From NCBI RefSeq assembly GCF_021246445.1, contig NZ_JAJQXW010000001.1:1754168-1818167 (forward strand): a stretch of DNA of 64,000 bases, written 5' to 3'. The DNA comes from Rhabdothermincola salaria. Lineage in GTDB: Bacteria; Actinomycetota; Acidimicrobiia; Acidimicrobiales; Acidimicrobilacustridaceae. Numbering within the stretch: position 1 is the first letter of the stretch; each line of letters begins with the position of its first letter. Positions 1 through 9,866 of this stretch are shown piece by piece. A program made the translations under genes and the position numbers. The notes under the pieces were generated by a model. It saw only the letters and a list, made by a program, of their open reading frames with translations. It ran no database searches and had not been told where the DNA came from.

Positions 1-476
1 CTCCACGGGTCGCCGGCGCCCTCGGAGGGGCCACCGTCGCTCGCCGGCACGAAGGCCTCGAGGTCGTCGATGCGGCCCTGGCGCTCGCTGCGCCACCGCG
101 GCTCGACCCGCATGCCGATGCTCATGGCGTCGGCCGAGTCGACATCGACGGCGTGGAACATCGGGGTGTCGGCGCCGTCGAGGGTGACGAAGGCGAAGGC
201 GAACGGCTTCTGCAGCGGGTGCAGGTGGGTGGGTTCGGGAACCCAGGTCCAACCGGTCACCGTGCCCTTGGGGCCGACCTTGACGAAGTCGGTGCCGGCG
301 GCGGCGCCGTTCTCGGGGTCGTACTCGAGCGGCGGGGTGATGACCCGGTCACCGACCTTGACCCCGATGAGGGTCTGGTCGGCCAGCGCGGATGCGAAGG
401 CCCCGACGGTGGGGCCCAGCGTGCGCTGGAAGGGGAATTGGAGTCGGAAGACCGACTCTCGGACGACATCTGCCAT
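1..476 (-). CDS. DUF35/OB-fold protein (Rv3521-like), 3' end runs off the window
   Basis: Not in ORF track. Hand translation from ATG 476 (GAGGAG upstream): MADVVRESVFRLQFPFQRTLGPTVGAFASAL...PPLEYDPENG...GTVTGWTWV...PFAFAFVTLDGADTPMFH...GMRVEPRW. Confidence 0.75.
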   Translation of the reverse strand, partial: MADVVRESVFRLQFPFQRTLGPTVGAFASALADQTLIGVKVGDRVITPPLEYDPENGAAAGTDFVKVGPKGTVTGWTWVPEPTHLHPLQKPFAFAFVTLDGADTPMFHAVDVDSADAMSIGMRVEPRWRSERQGRIDDLEAFVPASDGGPSEGAGDPW

Positions 477-549
477 GTGGTTCTCCTCGTGGGTTGAGGC
501 GTCGTGGTGGGTGGGTGGATCGGTGGGCGACGAGACGGCGACGGGGCCG

Positions 550-1353
550 TCAGCGGCGCCGGTAGACGGGTGGGCGCTTCTCGGCGAAGGCCCGGGGGCC
601 TTCCCTGGCGTCCTCGGTGGCGAAGACGGCCTGGCCGTAGGCGAACTCGTGGTCGAGCGCTTCTCGTTCGGTCATGCCCTCGGTCTCGCGCAAGGTGCGC
701 AGCACGGCCTCCACCGCCAGCGGACCGTTGGCGGCGATCTGGTGGGCGATCTCCTTGGCCCGGGTGAGGGCCTGGCCGTCGGGCACCACGTGGCCGACGA
801 GGCCGTAGTGCAGCGCCTCGTCGGCGGTGAGCTCGCGCCCGGCGAGGAGCACCTCGGCGGCGATGGTGTAGGGGATCTGGCGGCGCAGGCGGACGGCCGA
901 GCCGGCCATCGGGTACAGCGAGCGCTTCACCTCGCTGACGGCGAAGCGGGCGCTCTGCCCGGCCACTCGGATGTCGGTGCCCTGCAGCAGCTCGGTGCCC
1001 CCGGCGAAGGCGATGCCCTCGACCGCGGCGATGAGCGGCTTGGTGGGCTGGTAGTGGCGCAGCAGGCACTTCCACATGAGGTCGGGATCGTCGGCCAGGC
1101 GGGCCCGCACGTCGATCTCGGTGTCGGCGTCGGGGCCTTCGTCGCCGGCCATGGCCTTGAGGTCGGCCCCGGAGGAGAAGTTGCCCTCGGCTCCCGTGAG
1201 CACGAGGGCGTGGACGTCGTCGTCGGTGTCGGCGGCGACCATGGCGTCGTGCAGGCGGATCAGCATCGCCCCGGACAGGGCGTTGAGCCGCTTGGGCCGG
1301 TTCATGGTCATGACCAGGACGGGACCGTCGCGCTCGATCAGGGCATCGGGCAT
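550..1353 (-). CDS. enoyl-CoA hydratase/isomerase (EchA19-like)
   Basis: MNRPKRLNAL, FSSGADLK, AFAGGTELL, C-terminal EGPRAFAEKRPP; start moved to ATG 1353 (GGGAGG upstream). Confidence 0.88.
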   Translation of the reverse strand: MPDALIERDGPVLVMTMNRPKRLNALSGAMLIRLHDAMVAADTDDDVHALVLTGAEGNFSSGADLKAMAGDEGPDADTEIDVRARLADDPDLMWKCLLRHYQPTKPLIAAVEGIAFAGGTELLQGTDIRVAGQSARFAVSEVKRSLYPMAGSAVRLRRQIPYTIAAEVLLAGRELTADEALHYGLVGHVVPDGQALTRAKEIAHQIAANGPLAVEAVLRTLRETEGMTEREALDHEFAYGQAVFATEDAREGPRAFAEKRPPVYRRR

Positions 1354-1521
1354 GCGTTGCCTCCCATGGCGTCGTGGCCCCCCGGGGTGCCGGCGGAATG
1401 CGGCAGTCGACTGGCGACCACCGGCTCGCCGCACCCTAATTTACTTCACACCGCATAGCAATTAGATGCCGTCGCTCCCCCATCAGCCGCGAGACCCGGA
1501 CGGTCGACCATCATCGACGAG

Positions 1522-3795
1522 GTGCCCCTGGTCCACGATCCCGATCGGCTCGCCCTGCACAAGGGCCTGCGGGCCGGCTTGGCCGTGCCCGTCACCTACG
1601 GGGTCGTCGGCGGGGCGATCGGCGGCACCGCCTCGCTCTTCGCCGCCTTCGCCTGCTTCTCGGCGCTGGTCTTCGCCGACTTCCAGGGCCCTGTCCGACG
1701 CCGCCTCGGCGGCTACGGCTTCCTCCTCGTGGGCGGGGCGGCCCTGGTGGTGCTGGCCGGAGCGGTGGCCGACAGCCTCCCCGCGGCGGTCGTCACCGTC
1801 TTCGTGGTGGCGTTCGTCCTGCGCTTCGTCGGCTGCCTGGGCGGCTACGCCACGGTTGCCGGCACCACGTTGATGACCGCGTTCGCCCTCGCCGTGATGG
1901 CCACGCCCGTCGAAGAGATGGACCAGCGGGTCGCCGGCTGGGCCATCGGGGTGCTGGTGGCCACCGCGGTGGCCGTGCTGACCACTGCCCGCTACCGCTA
2001 CCCGGCGCGCCACAACCTGGCCGAGCACGCCCGGATGCTCGCCACCGACCTGCGCGAGCTGGCCGCCGGCCGCCACCCCGACCCCCGTTCCGGGCTCGAA
2101 GGCATCGCCAACGCCCGCATCGAGCTCGAGCGCTCGGTGGCCCGACCGCTCAACTCCTCGGCCCACCAGCGGGCCCTCACCGGCCTGCTCGACGGGTTGG
2201 GCCGGGCCACCCTGGTGGTCGAGCGGCTCGACCCGGTCGCCGCCGAGGACGTCGCCGAACAACAGCTGGGTGCGGTCGACACCTCCTCGGACTGCCGGCA
2301 GCTGGCCGCCCTGGCCGCCGACACCTTCGAGGCCGCCGCTCGCGCCCTCGTGGAGGGGGACGCCGTCGACCTCGGGACCGTGCACCACGAGCTCACCGCG
2401 CACCGCCGTCGGCTCATCCAGGCCCTGGCCACCGAGGACCCCGCCGTGCGCTGGGACGTCGAACGCCATGCGGCCGCCACCATCGGCTATCGCCTGGCCG
2501 CCTCGCTCGCGGCGGTCACCGCGGCCGACGCCGCCGTCGTGGCGGGCCACCTCCCCGCCGGAGGCACCCGCCCCCTCCTCGACGTCGAGGTGGAGATCCC
2601 CCGACCCGGGGCCCGGGCCTTCGTCGGGCGCACGCTCGCCATCCTCGGGTTCCACCTGCGCTGGACCAGCACCCGCCTGCGCAACAGCCTGCGAGCCGGG
2701 GTGGCTCTGGCCGCCGCCCTCACGATCGCCCGGGCCTGGGAGTTCGACCACGGCTTCTGGGTGCTGCTGGGCACCCTCATGGTGCTGCGCAGCGGTGCGG
2801 TGGACACGACCGCCAGCGCGGTCGACGCCCTCAAGGGGGTGGGGGTGGGCTTCGTGCTGGCCGCGCCGCTCGCCTACTTCTTCGCCGGCGACGACACCGT
2901 GCTGTGGGTGGTCCTGCCGATCGCCACGTTCGTCGCCGCCTGGGCACCGGCCGCCATCGGGCTCGGCACCGGGCAGGCCGCCTTCACCGTCTTCGTCGTG
3001 GTGCTGTTCAACCTGTTCACCCCGCAGGGCGCCCAGACCGCGCTCGTCCGGTTGGAGACGGTGGCGGTGGGCGTGGCCGTGGCCGCGGTGGCCGGCGTGC
3101 TCTTCTGGCCACGCGGGCCCGAGGCCACCATCGGGGCGGTGGCGGCCCGCTACTACCGGGCGGCCGGCGCCATGGTGGCGGCGATCACCGCCGAGGTGCT
3201 CGACCTACCCGGCAGCCCCCGGGCCCTCGACCGCGCTCGCCACGAGCTGCTGGCCACCCGCGCCCAGCTCAACGAGACCCTCCAGGAGCTCACGTCCGAT
3301 CGGCGCACCGTGGTCGACCTCTCGACCCGGGTCGCCCTGCTCACCCCGCCCGCCGTCGTGCTGGCCGGCGACTGGACGCGACGCACGTTCTGGGTCGACG
3401 ACCCCGCCGACGTGGGCCGCACCGGACCGCTGACGGGCAACGTCCCCTCGGCCGACGACATCCCCCCGGCGCTCGGGCCCCTCACCCTCGAGGCCCGCAC
3501 CTTCGAGGTCGAGGCCCGACTGGGCCTGGTGGCCGACCAGCTCGAGGACCCTGGGTGCATCGTGCGCCCCCTCGGCGAGGCCGGTCCGGTGGCTCTGCCG
3601 GACCCGACCGGGGTCGACGCCCGGGTGCTGCTGTCGTGGATCTGGTTGCGGGCGTGGCTCGACCTGCTGGAGCGCTCGGTCGAGCACACCGCCCCGGCGA
3701 GCGTGCAGCTGGTGCGCGACCTCCCCCGCCGCTGGTGGCAGCGCGAAGGGCCGCCGCCGGCCGAGGTCGAGTCCCCCGACGCCGCGACCGTCTGA
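1522..3795 (+). CDS. FUSC family membrane protein
   Basis: Two hydrophobic TM blocks separated by a helical region; LRNSLRAGVALA...HGFWVLLGTLMVLR typical of FUSC/YccS. Confidence 0.8.
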   Translation: MPLVHDPDRLALHKGLRAGLAVPVTYGVVGGAIGGTASLFAAFACFSALVFADFQGPVRRRLGGYGFLLVGGAALVVLAGAVADSLPAAVVTVFVVAFVLRFVGCLGGYATVAGTTLMTAFALAVMATPVEEMDQRVAGWAIGVLVATAVAVLTTARYRYPARHNLAEHARMLATDLRELAAGRHPDPRSGLEGIANARIELERSVARPLNSSAHQRALTGLLDGLGRATLVVERLDPVAAEDVAEQQLGAVDTSSDCRQLAALAADTFEAAARALVEGDAVDLGTVHHELTAHRRRLIQALATEDPAVRWDVERHAAATIGYRLAASLAAVTAADAAVVAGHLPAGGTRPLLDVEVEIPRPGARAFVGRTLAILGFHLRWTSTRLRNSLRAGVALAAALTIARAWEFDHGFWVLLGTLMVLRSGAVDTTASAVDALKGVGVGFVLAAPLAYFFAGDDTVLWVVLPIATFVAAWAPAAIGLGTGQAAFTVFVVVLFNLFTPQGAQTALVRLETVAVGVAVAAVAGVLFWPRGPEATIGAVAARYYRAAGAMVAAITAEVLDLPGSPRALDRARHELLATRAQLNETLQELTSDRRTVVDLSTRVALLTPPAVVLAGDWTRRTFWVDDPADVGRTGPLTGNVPSADDIPPALGPLTLEARTFEVEARLGLVADQLEDPGCIVRPLGEAGPVALPDPTGVDARVLLSWIWLRAWLDLLERSVEHTAPASVQLVRDLPRRWWQREGPPPAEVESPDAATV

Positions 3796-3888
3796 TGCCG
3801 GGTGACGGCCCCACACGGGGTTGAGGGGCCGCCGGGGGGCTGGTGCGCTCCGACCGAACCGGCAGCGCAGAGGCCCCGGGTCAGGACC

Positions 3889-4542
3889 CTAGGTGTAGAA
3901 GGGGTTGTCGCCGGCGTTGTGGTCGGTGACGTCGACCACCTCGGTGATGTCCGGGATGGTCTCGAGGATGGCCACCTGGATGCCTTCGCGCAGGGTGGCC
4001 GCGCTCATGGCGCAGCCCTGGCAGCCACCACCCATGGTGAGGTACGCGGTGCTGCCCTCGACCCCGACCAGCTCGGCGTAGCCGCCGTGGGCGGCCAGGC
4101 TGGGGTTGATCGACTCGGCCAGCAGCTGGTTGACCTGGTCGGGCAGGTCACCGGTGAGCACGATGTCCTTGCCGGCCATCGGGTTGGGCCGGTTGGGGTT
4201 GCGGATGACGAGGCCGGCCTGGCCCGGGTTGCGGGGGACGTCGAGCGTGGAGCCCTGCATGCGCTCGATGCTGTCGGCCGCCACCGCCACGCTGAGGCCG
4301 CCCTGCACCGAGATGTCGTCGTCCTCCTCGAGCTCGGAGACGCTCTCGAAGGCCAGGTCGTAGGTGTAGTCGGGCCCAGAGACCCCGGTGATCTCGACCC
4401 GCAGGCACAGGCTGCCGGGGTCCTCCTCGCCGTCGCGGATCTCGAGGACCCGGGTGAGGGCCTCGGGGCTCACGGCCAGGACGGGGACGGGCCCCGCCTC
4501 CGGGTCCGTCTCGGTGTCGGGGGTGTCGGCGTCGATCGTCAT
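3889..4542 (-). CDS. nfuA: NfuA-type Fe-S cluster carrier (degenerate A-type domain plus NifU C domain)
   Basis: INPSLAAHGG, MGGGCQGC, VVDVTDHNAGDNPFY. Confidence 0.88.
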   Translation of the reverse strand: MTIDADTPDTETDPEAGPVPVLAVSPEALTRVLEIRDGEEDPGSLCLRVEITGVSGPDYTYDLAFESVSELEEDDDISVQGGLSVAVAADSIERMQGSTLDVPRNPGQAGLVIRNPNRPNPMAGKDIVLTGDLPDQVNQLLAESINPSLAAHGGYAELVGVEGSTAYLTMGGGCQGCAMSAATLREGIQVAILETIPDITEVVDVTDHNAGDNPFYT

Positions 4543-4711
4543 GCAGGGCCTCTCTCGGCGGAGAAAACTCGGGCCGGGTCGTGCAAATCAGCGTATCGCC
4601 GGACCCGCCCGGCTCAAAGAGCCGTCGCCGAAGCCCCCCAGCGGGGACGAGGGGGGCGGCGCCGACCCGGACCGGACCGGGGTCGGCGACCGGGGCCGTA
4701 GCCTCGCCGCT

Positions 4712-6532
4712 GTGATCCTCGTGGACCTCGAGTCGGTGACGATGAGCCGCCCCGGCCGGCCGCTCTTCACCGACCTCTCCCTCACCCTCTCGACCGGCGA
4801 CCGCCTCGGCATCGTCGGCCTCAACGGCTGCGGGAAGTCCACCCTCATCTCGGTGATGACCGGTGAGACCGAGCCCGAGTCCGGCGTGGTCCGCACCGGT
4901 CGCGGAGTCCGGATCGCCGCCCTCACCCAACGACCGGTCCTCCCGTCCGGGACGGTGCTGGCCGCCGTCGAGGGCGGCGCCGAGAACGCCTGGGAGGCCG
5001 CTGCGGTCCTCGACCACCTCGGCATGTCCGAGCTGGCCGACGCCGACACCGGCCGTCTGTCGGGTGGGCAGGCCAAGCGGGTGGCCCTGGCCCGAACCCT
5101 GGTGGCCGACAGCGACCTGCTGATCCTCGACGAGCCCACCAACCACCTCGACATCGACGCCATCGCCTGGCTCGAGGAGCGCCTGGCCGCCTACCGGGGC
5201 GGACTGGTGCTCGTCACCCACGATCGCCACGTGCTCGACCGGGTGACCACCAAGGTGCTCGAGCTCGACCGCGGGCGCGGCTACCTCCACGACGGCGGCT
5301 ACGGCGCCTACCTCGAGGGACGGGCCGAGCGCGAGGAGAAGGCATCGTCGGACGAGTCCACCCGCCGGGTGCTGGCCCGCAAGGAGCTGGCCTGGCTGCG
5401 CCGGGGGGCACCGGCGCGCACCCGCAAGCCCAAGGCCCGCATCGAGTCGGCCACCGCCATCGTCGAAGGTCGGGCCGAGCCTGCAGCCCGCCAGGGCATC
5501 CCCGACCTGCACCTCGGCACCCCGCGGCTGGGCGACAAGGTCGTCGAGCTGCACGACGTGGCCTACGCCCACCCCGACGCCGAGCCGCTCTTCGACCACG
5601 TCGAGCTCCTCCTCGACAACCGCGAGCGCCTGGGCATCGTGGGCCCCAACGGCGTGGGCAAGTCCACGCTCCTCGACCTCGCCGCCGGGCGCCTCGATCC
5701 CTCTCGCGGCCGTGTCGTCACCGGCCCCACGGTCTCGCTCGGCTACTACGACCAGGTCGGCGCCACCCTCGACCCGAACCAGCGGGTGCGCGACGCCCTG
5801 GTGGGCGGGCACCGCCAGCCGGACTGGCGCGACGCCGCCCTGCTCGAGTCGTTCTGGTTCGACACCGACGCCCAGTTCGCGCCGATCGGGCTGCTCTCGG
5901 GCGGCGAACGACGTCGGCTCCAGCTGCTGTTGGTCCTGGCCGCCAAGCCCAACGTCCTGCTCCTCGACGAGCCCACCAACGACCTCGACCTCGACACCCT
6001 CCGGGTCCTCGAGGAGTTCCTCGACGACTGGCCCGGTGCCCTCGTCGTGGTCAGCCACGACCGAGCCTTCCTCGAGCGCACGGTCACCGACGTGTGGGTG
6101 ATGGACGGGCACGCCCCGCCCGGCCGACGTCCGGGCGGCTACGCCACGTGGGAGGACGAACGCCGCGCCAACCGCCAGAAGGGCCGGGCCGTGGCCGGAC
6201 CGGCGCCGGCGACGTCCGCCTCGAAGCGGGCCGCTCCCACCTCGCCTCGTCGGGACCGACCCCCGGCCGGCGGCCCGACGGGGGCTGACGGCGCGCCGGC
6301 CCGCAGCGCCAGCACCCTGCGCCACCTCATGAAGGACACCGACAAGGAGCTCACCCGGCTCACCCGCCAGCGCAACCGGGTGGAGGAGGAGTTGGCCGAG
6401 AAGGCCAACACCGCCGACCACACCGAGCTGCGGGCCCTGGGCGACCGGCTGGCCGAGCTCACCGCCGCCGTCGACCGGGCCGAGGAGCAGTGGCTGGCCC
6501 TCGCCGAGGAGGCCGAGGCCGCCAAGGGCTGA
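4712..6532 (+). CDS. ABC-F family ATPase (Uup-like)
   Basis: Two ABC cassettes (GLNGCGKST/LSGGQ/LDEPTNHLD; GPNGVGKST/LSGGE/LDEPTNDLD), WLRRGAPAR linker, C-terminal coiled coil; GTG start after TAGCCT -10. Confidence 0.9.
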   Translation: MILVDLESVTMSRPGRPLFTDLSLTLSTGDRLGIVGLNGCGKSTLISVMTGETEPESGVVRTGRGVRIAALTQRPVLPSGTVLAAVEGGAENAWEAAAVLDHLGMSELADADTGRLSGGQAKRVALARTLVADSDLLILDEPTNHLDIDAIAWLEERLAAYRGGLVLVTHDRHVLDRVTTKVLELDRGRGYLHDGGYGAYLEGRAEREEKASSDESTRRVLARKELAWLRRGAPARTRKPKARIESATAIVEGRAEPAARQGIPDLHLGTPRLGDKVVELHDVAYAHPDAEPLFDHVELLLDNRERLGIVGPNGVGKSTLLDLAAGRLDPSRGRVVTGPTVSLGYYDQVGATLDPNQRVRDALVGGHRQPDWRDAALLESFWFDTDAQFAPIGLLSGGERRRLQLLLVLAAKPNVLLLDEPTNDLDLDTLRVLEEFLDDWPGALVVVSHDRAFLERTVTDVWVMDGHAPPGRRPGGYATWEDERRANRQKGRAVAGPAPATSASKRAAPTSPRRDRPPAGGPTGADGAPARSASTLRHLMKDTDKELTRLTRQRNRVEEELAEKANTADHTELRALGDRLAELTAAVDRAEEQWLALAEEAEAAKG

Positions 6533-6643
6533 ACCCCTCCGGTGCCGGACAGGGGTGGTCCGCCGGGACCGACCTCGCCCCGCCCCCCACCACGAGGGGC
6601 GGCATTCGGGAGCCGGGGGTGACGAGGGGTAGCGTCGCGACCC

Positions 6644-8209
6644 GTGATCGCCGCCGAGGCCCCCGAGGTCGCCCTCCACGACCTGCGCCGGGCCCGCCGC
6701 CACAACCGACTGGCCCACGTGCACTGGATCGACGCGCTCTACCGCGTCTACGTGGTCGGCTTCGTGGGCGTGCTGGCCGTGGCCTTCGGTGCCGGCCAGC
6801 TCCCCGGCGAGCAACTCACCGAGCGCGAGGCGGTGGACTTCGCCGCCTCGGCCGCCGGCTGGCTGGGCCTGGTCATCGCCGTGGCCGTGGCCATCGGCCT
6901 GCGATCGGGGGCTCGGGGCGGCCCGCTCGTACTGGAGGCCCCCGTGGTCGTCCACGAGCTCAACGCCCCCGTCGATCGCGCCGCCGTGCTGCGAGGGCCG
7001 GCCGTCAAGCAGCTGCGCTTCCTCGCCTTCGCCGGTGCGGTGATCGGCGCGATCGCCGGGCAGCTGGCCGCCCAACAGCTCCCGGTCAACATGGCCGGCG
7101 CCATCGTCGGGGGCGCCGTCGTCTTCGCCCTGGCCGGCGTGCTGGCGTCGGGCACGGCCATGACCCTGTCGGGCCGTCGGGTCGGCTGGTATCCGGCCAA
7201 CGCGGTCGCCGTCGCCCTGATCGCCTGGTCGGCGCTCGACGTCGTGCTGGAGGTGCAGACCTCCCCGCTCACGTGGCTGGCCTCGGGGGCCTTCTGGGTC
7301 ATCACCTTCACCCCGCTCGCCATCGCCGGTGCCGCCCTCGCCGTGGCCGTGCCCGTCATCGGCGTGGTGGGCATCGGCCGGGTCTCCACCGAGGCCGCCC
7401 TGCGCCGGGCCGGCCTCGTCGCCCAGCTGCGCTTCGCCGTCACCCTCCAGGACGTGCGCACCGTCGTGCTGTTGCGCCGGCAGCTCTCCCAGGAGAAGCC
7501 GCGCAGCCGACCCTGGGTTCGCATCGGGCGAGCGGCCACCACCAGCCGCGTCCCCACCATCTGGAAGCGCGACTGGCAGAGCTACCTGCGCTTCCCGCTG
7601 GTGCGGCTGGTCCGCATGGCGGTGCTGGCGGCCATCTCCGGGCTGGCGCTCGGTGCCGCCTGGCGAGGGGCGCCCGCCGCCCTGTTCGTGGCCGGCCTCG
7701 CCTTCTTCATCGCCGCGTACGACGCCGCCGAACCGGTCGCCCAGGAGGTCGACCACCCCTCCCGGTGGGGCAGCTACCCCGACGACCCCGGCCGCCTGCT
7801 GACTCAGCACGTGCCCGCCGCCTTCTCGGTGATGGTGGTGCTCGGGCTGATCGCGGCGGCCACGTCGCTGGTGCTCACGCCCGCCGAGGTGGTCGTGCGC
7901 CTCACCCCCGTGCTCATCATCCCGGTGTCGTTCGCCGCCGCCATCGCCGCCATCCTCTCCACCGCCCAGGGCGCCCCCAACAGCAGCGCCCTGTCGGGGC
8001 TCGGCCCCGACGTGATGGGCTGGGTGATGCTCGCTCGGGTCGTGATCCCCCCGGCGATCGTCGTGGCCGCCCTCCTGCCCCTCCTCGCCGCCGGCTCGGA
8101 CCCGGCCACGGTCGACGCCAGCCGCGTCGCCAACCTCACCACCTGGACGCTGCTGCTCGTCGGCGCCGCCTTCTTGTTCCTGCGCACCCGAAAGCCGAAG
8201 CACCTGTGA
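6644..8209 (+). CDS. multi-pass membrane protein, probable ABC exporter permease
   Basis: About 12 hydrophobic segments; stop overlaps the start of the following ABC ATPase (GTGA). Confidence 0.7.
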   Translation: MIAAEAPEVALHDLRRARRHNRLAHVHWIDALYRVYVVGFVGVLAVAFGAGQLPGEQLTEREAVDFAASAAGWLGLVIAVAVAIGLRSGARGGPLVLEAPVVVHELNAPVDRAAVLRGPAVKQLRFLAFAGAVIGAIAGQLAAQQLPVNMAGAIVGGAVVFALAGVLASGTAMTLSGRRVGWYPANAVAVALIAWSALDVVLEVQTSPLTWLASGAFWVITFTPLAIAGAALAVAVPVIGVVGIGRVSTEAALRRAGLVAQLRFAVTLQDVRTVVLLRRQLSQEKPRSRPWVRIGRAATTSRVPTIWKRDWQSYLRFPLVRLVRMAVLAAISGLALGAAWRGAPAALFVAGLAFFIAAYDAAEPVAQEVDHPSRWGSYPDDPGRLLTQHVPAAFSVMVVLGLIAAATSLVLTPAEVVVRLTPVLIIPVSFAAAIAAILSTAQGAPNSSALSGLGPDVMGWVMLARVVIPPAIVVAALLPLLAAGSDPATVDASRVANLTTWTLLLVGAAFLFLRTRKPKHL

Positions 8210-8931
8210 GCTTCCTCGACATCAAGCCACCCCGCAACGACGACGTCGACCCGTCGCTGGCCCTGCACACCTTCGAGTTGGGCAAGGACTACGGCGACGG
8301 CATGGGCCTCACCGAGCTCGACCTCGAGGTCGGCCACGGCGAGCTGATCATGCTGGTGGGACCCAACGGCGCCGGGAAGTCCACCTTCCTCGGCCTGGCT
8401 GCGGGCATGCTCGAGCCCACCACCGGGGCCGCCTACGTCGACGGGGCCGCCGCCGGCACGATCGAGGCCCGGGCCGCGCTCTCGTACCTGCCCGACGACC
8501 CGGTGCTCTACGACGACCTCAGCCTCATGGAGCACATCGAGTACGTGGCCCGGCTCCACCGCACCGTCGACTGGGAGGACTACGCCGACGACCTCATCGA
8601 GATGTTCGGGTTGGACGAGCGGATCGACGACCTCCCCTCCCGGTTCAGCCGGGGGCTCAAGCAGAAGACCGGGCTCGTCCTCGGCTTCATCCGTCCCTTC
8701 CGGCTGATGCTCGTCGACGAGCCATTCGTGGGCCTCGACACCCCCGGCCAGGAGACGCTCGTCGAGATCATGAGCGACGTCGTCGAGCAGGGCGCCACCA
8801 TCGTGTGCTCCACCCACCAGCTCGACCTGGTGCCGGCCGCCACCCGCTGCGTGGGGCTGCGCGACGGTCAACTGGCCTACGACGGACCGGCCACCGCGGA
8901 GAAGATCCGCGAGCTGGTCGGCGGTGTCTGA
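8206..8931 (+). CDS. ABC transporter ATP-binding protein
   Basis: GPNGAGKST, FSRGLKQK signature, LVDEPFVGLD, STH. Confidence 0.9.
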   Translation: MSFLDIKPPRNDDVDPSLALHTFELGKDYGDGMGLTELDLEVGHGELIMLVGPNGAGKSTFLGLAAGMLEPTTGAAYVDGAAAGTIEARAALSYLPDDPVLYDDLSLMEHIEYVARLHRTVDWEDYADDLIEMFGLDERIDDLPSRFSRGLKQKTGLVLGFIRPFRLMLVDEPFVGLDTPGQETLVEIMSDVVEQGATIVCSTHQLDLVPAATRCVGLRDGQLAYDGPATAEKIRELVGGV

Positions 8932-8943
8932 GGTCCGGCCCGC

Positions 8944-9783
8944 ATGAGCGACCGGCCCTACATGAAGGGGATCCTCTCGGACCCCCTCGACCTCGATGGT
9001 GGGGCGCCGCGCGTCAAGCGACCGCCGCGCCGGGTGGAGGCCCGCCCCGGCCTGCGGGTCACGGTGCGCGCCACCCGCAAGGTGGGCGTGGTGGTGGGCG
9101 GCGACAAGCAGGTGGTGGTGCTGCGCGACGACGAAGGCCGCGACCACAAGGTGCGCCTGGTCGACGGGGCCTTCGCCATCGACGGCGCACCCGTCACGCT
9201 GGTGCCCGCCAAGGCCGCCCCGGCCGACGGAGGCAACCGACGCACCGCGTCGGGGTCGGTGGCCGTGCCCGGGGCCGCACCGCGCATCGCCCGGGCCAGC
9301 CGCATCCTCGTCGAGGGCGTGCACGACGCCGAGCTGGTCGAGAAGGTCTGGGGCGACGACCTGCGGGTCGAGGGCGTGGTGGTGCAACCCCTGGGTGGGG
9401 CCGACGACCTCGTCGAGATCGTGCGGTCCTTCGGCCCCCGTCCCGGCCGACGCCTCGGGATCCTGCTCGACCACCTCGTCGAGCACTCCAAGGAGAGCCG
9501 CATCGCGGCGGCCGTCGACCACCCCGACGTGTGCATCACCGGGCACCCCTTCGTCGACATCTGGGCCGCGGTCAAGCCGTCCGTGGTGGGCATCCCCGCC
9601 TGGCCCGACGTGCCCAAGGGCCAACCGTGGAAGGAAGGGGTGTGCACCGCCCTCGGCGTCGACGACCCGCGACGCTTCTGGAAGCAGATCCTGGGCTCGG
9701 TGTCCTCCTACGCCGACCTCGAACCACCGTTGGTCGGGGCGGTCGAGCAGCTCATCGACTTCGTCACCGAGCCCTCGGGCTGA
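8944..9783 (+). CDS. DUF3097 family protein
   Basis: RTASGS, ARIARASRILVEGVHDAELVEKVWGDDLRVEG-like segment, GHPFVDIW recognised as actinobacterial DUF3097. Confidence 0.8.
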   Translation: MSDRPYMKGILSDPLDLDGGAPRVKRPPRRVEARPGLRVTVRATRKVGVVVGGDKQVVVLRDDEGRDHKVRLVDGAFAIDGAPVTLVPAKAAPADGGNRRTASGSVAVPGAAPRIARASRILVEGVHDAELVEKVWGDDLRVEGVVVQPLGGADDLVEIVRSFGPRPGRRLGILLDHLVEHSKESRIAAAVDHPDVCITGHPFVDIWAAVKPSVVGIPAWPDVPKGQPWKEGVCTALGVDDPRRFWKQILGSVSSYADLEPPLVGAVEQLIDFVTEPSG

Positions 9784-9866
9784 TCGCCCGCACGGTCGCC
9801 GGCTGGTCGCCGGCCGTTCGACGAAGGAGGCTCCGGGCCCGCTCGCCGGGTCCTAGCGTGAGGGGC

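Noticed and set aside
4148..8203. Very long antisense ORFs (also 22823-25675, 60788-63892 and the upstream part of 41306-45649)
   Set aside because: Shadow frames of real genes in high-GC DNA; no recognisable motifs
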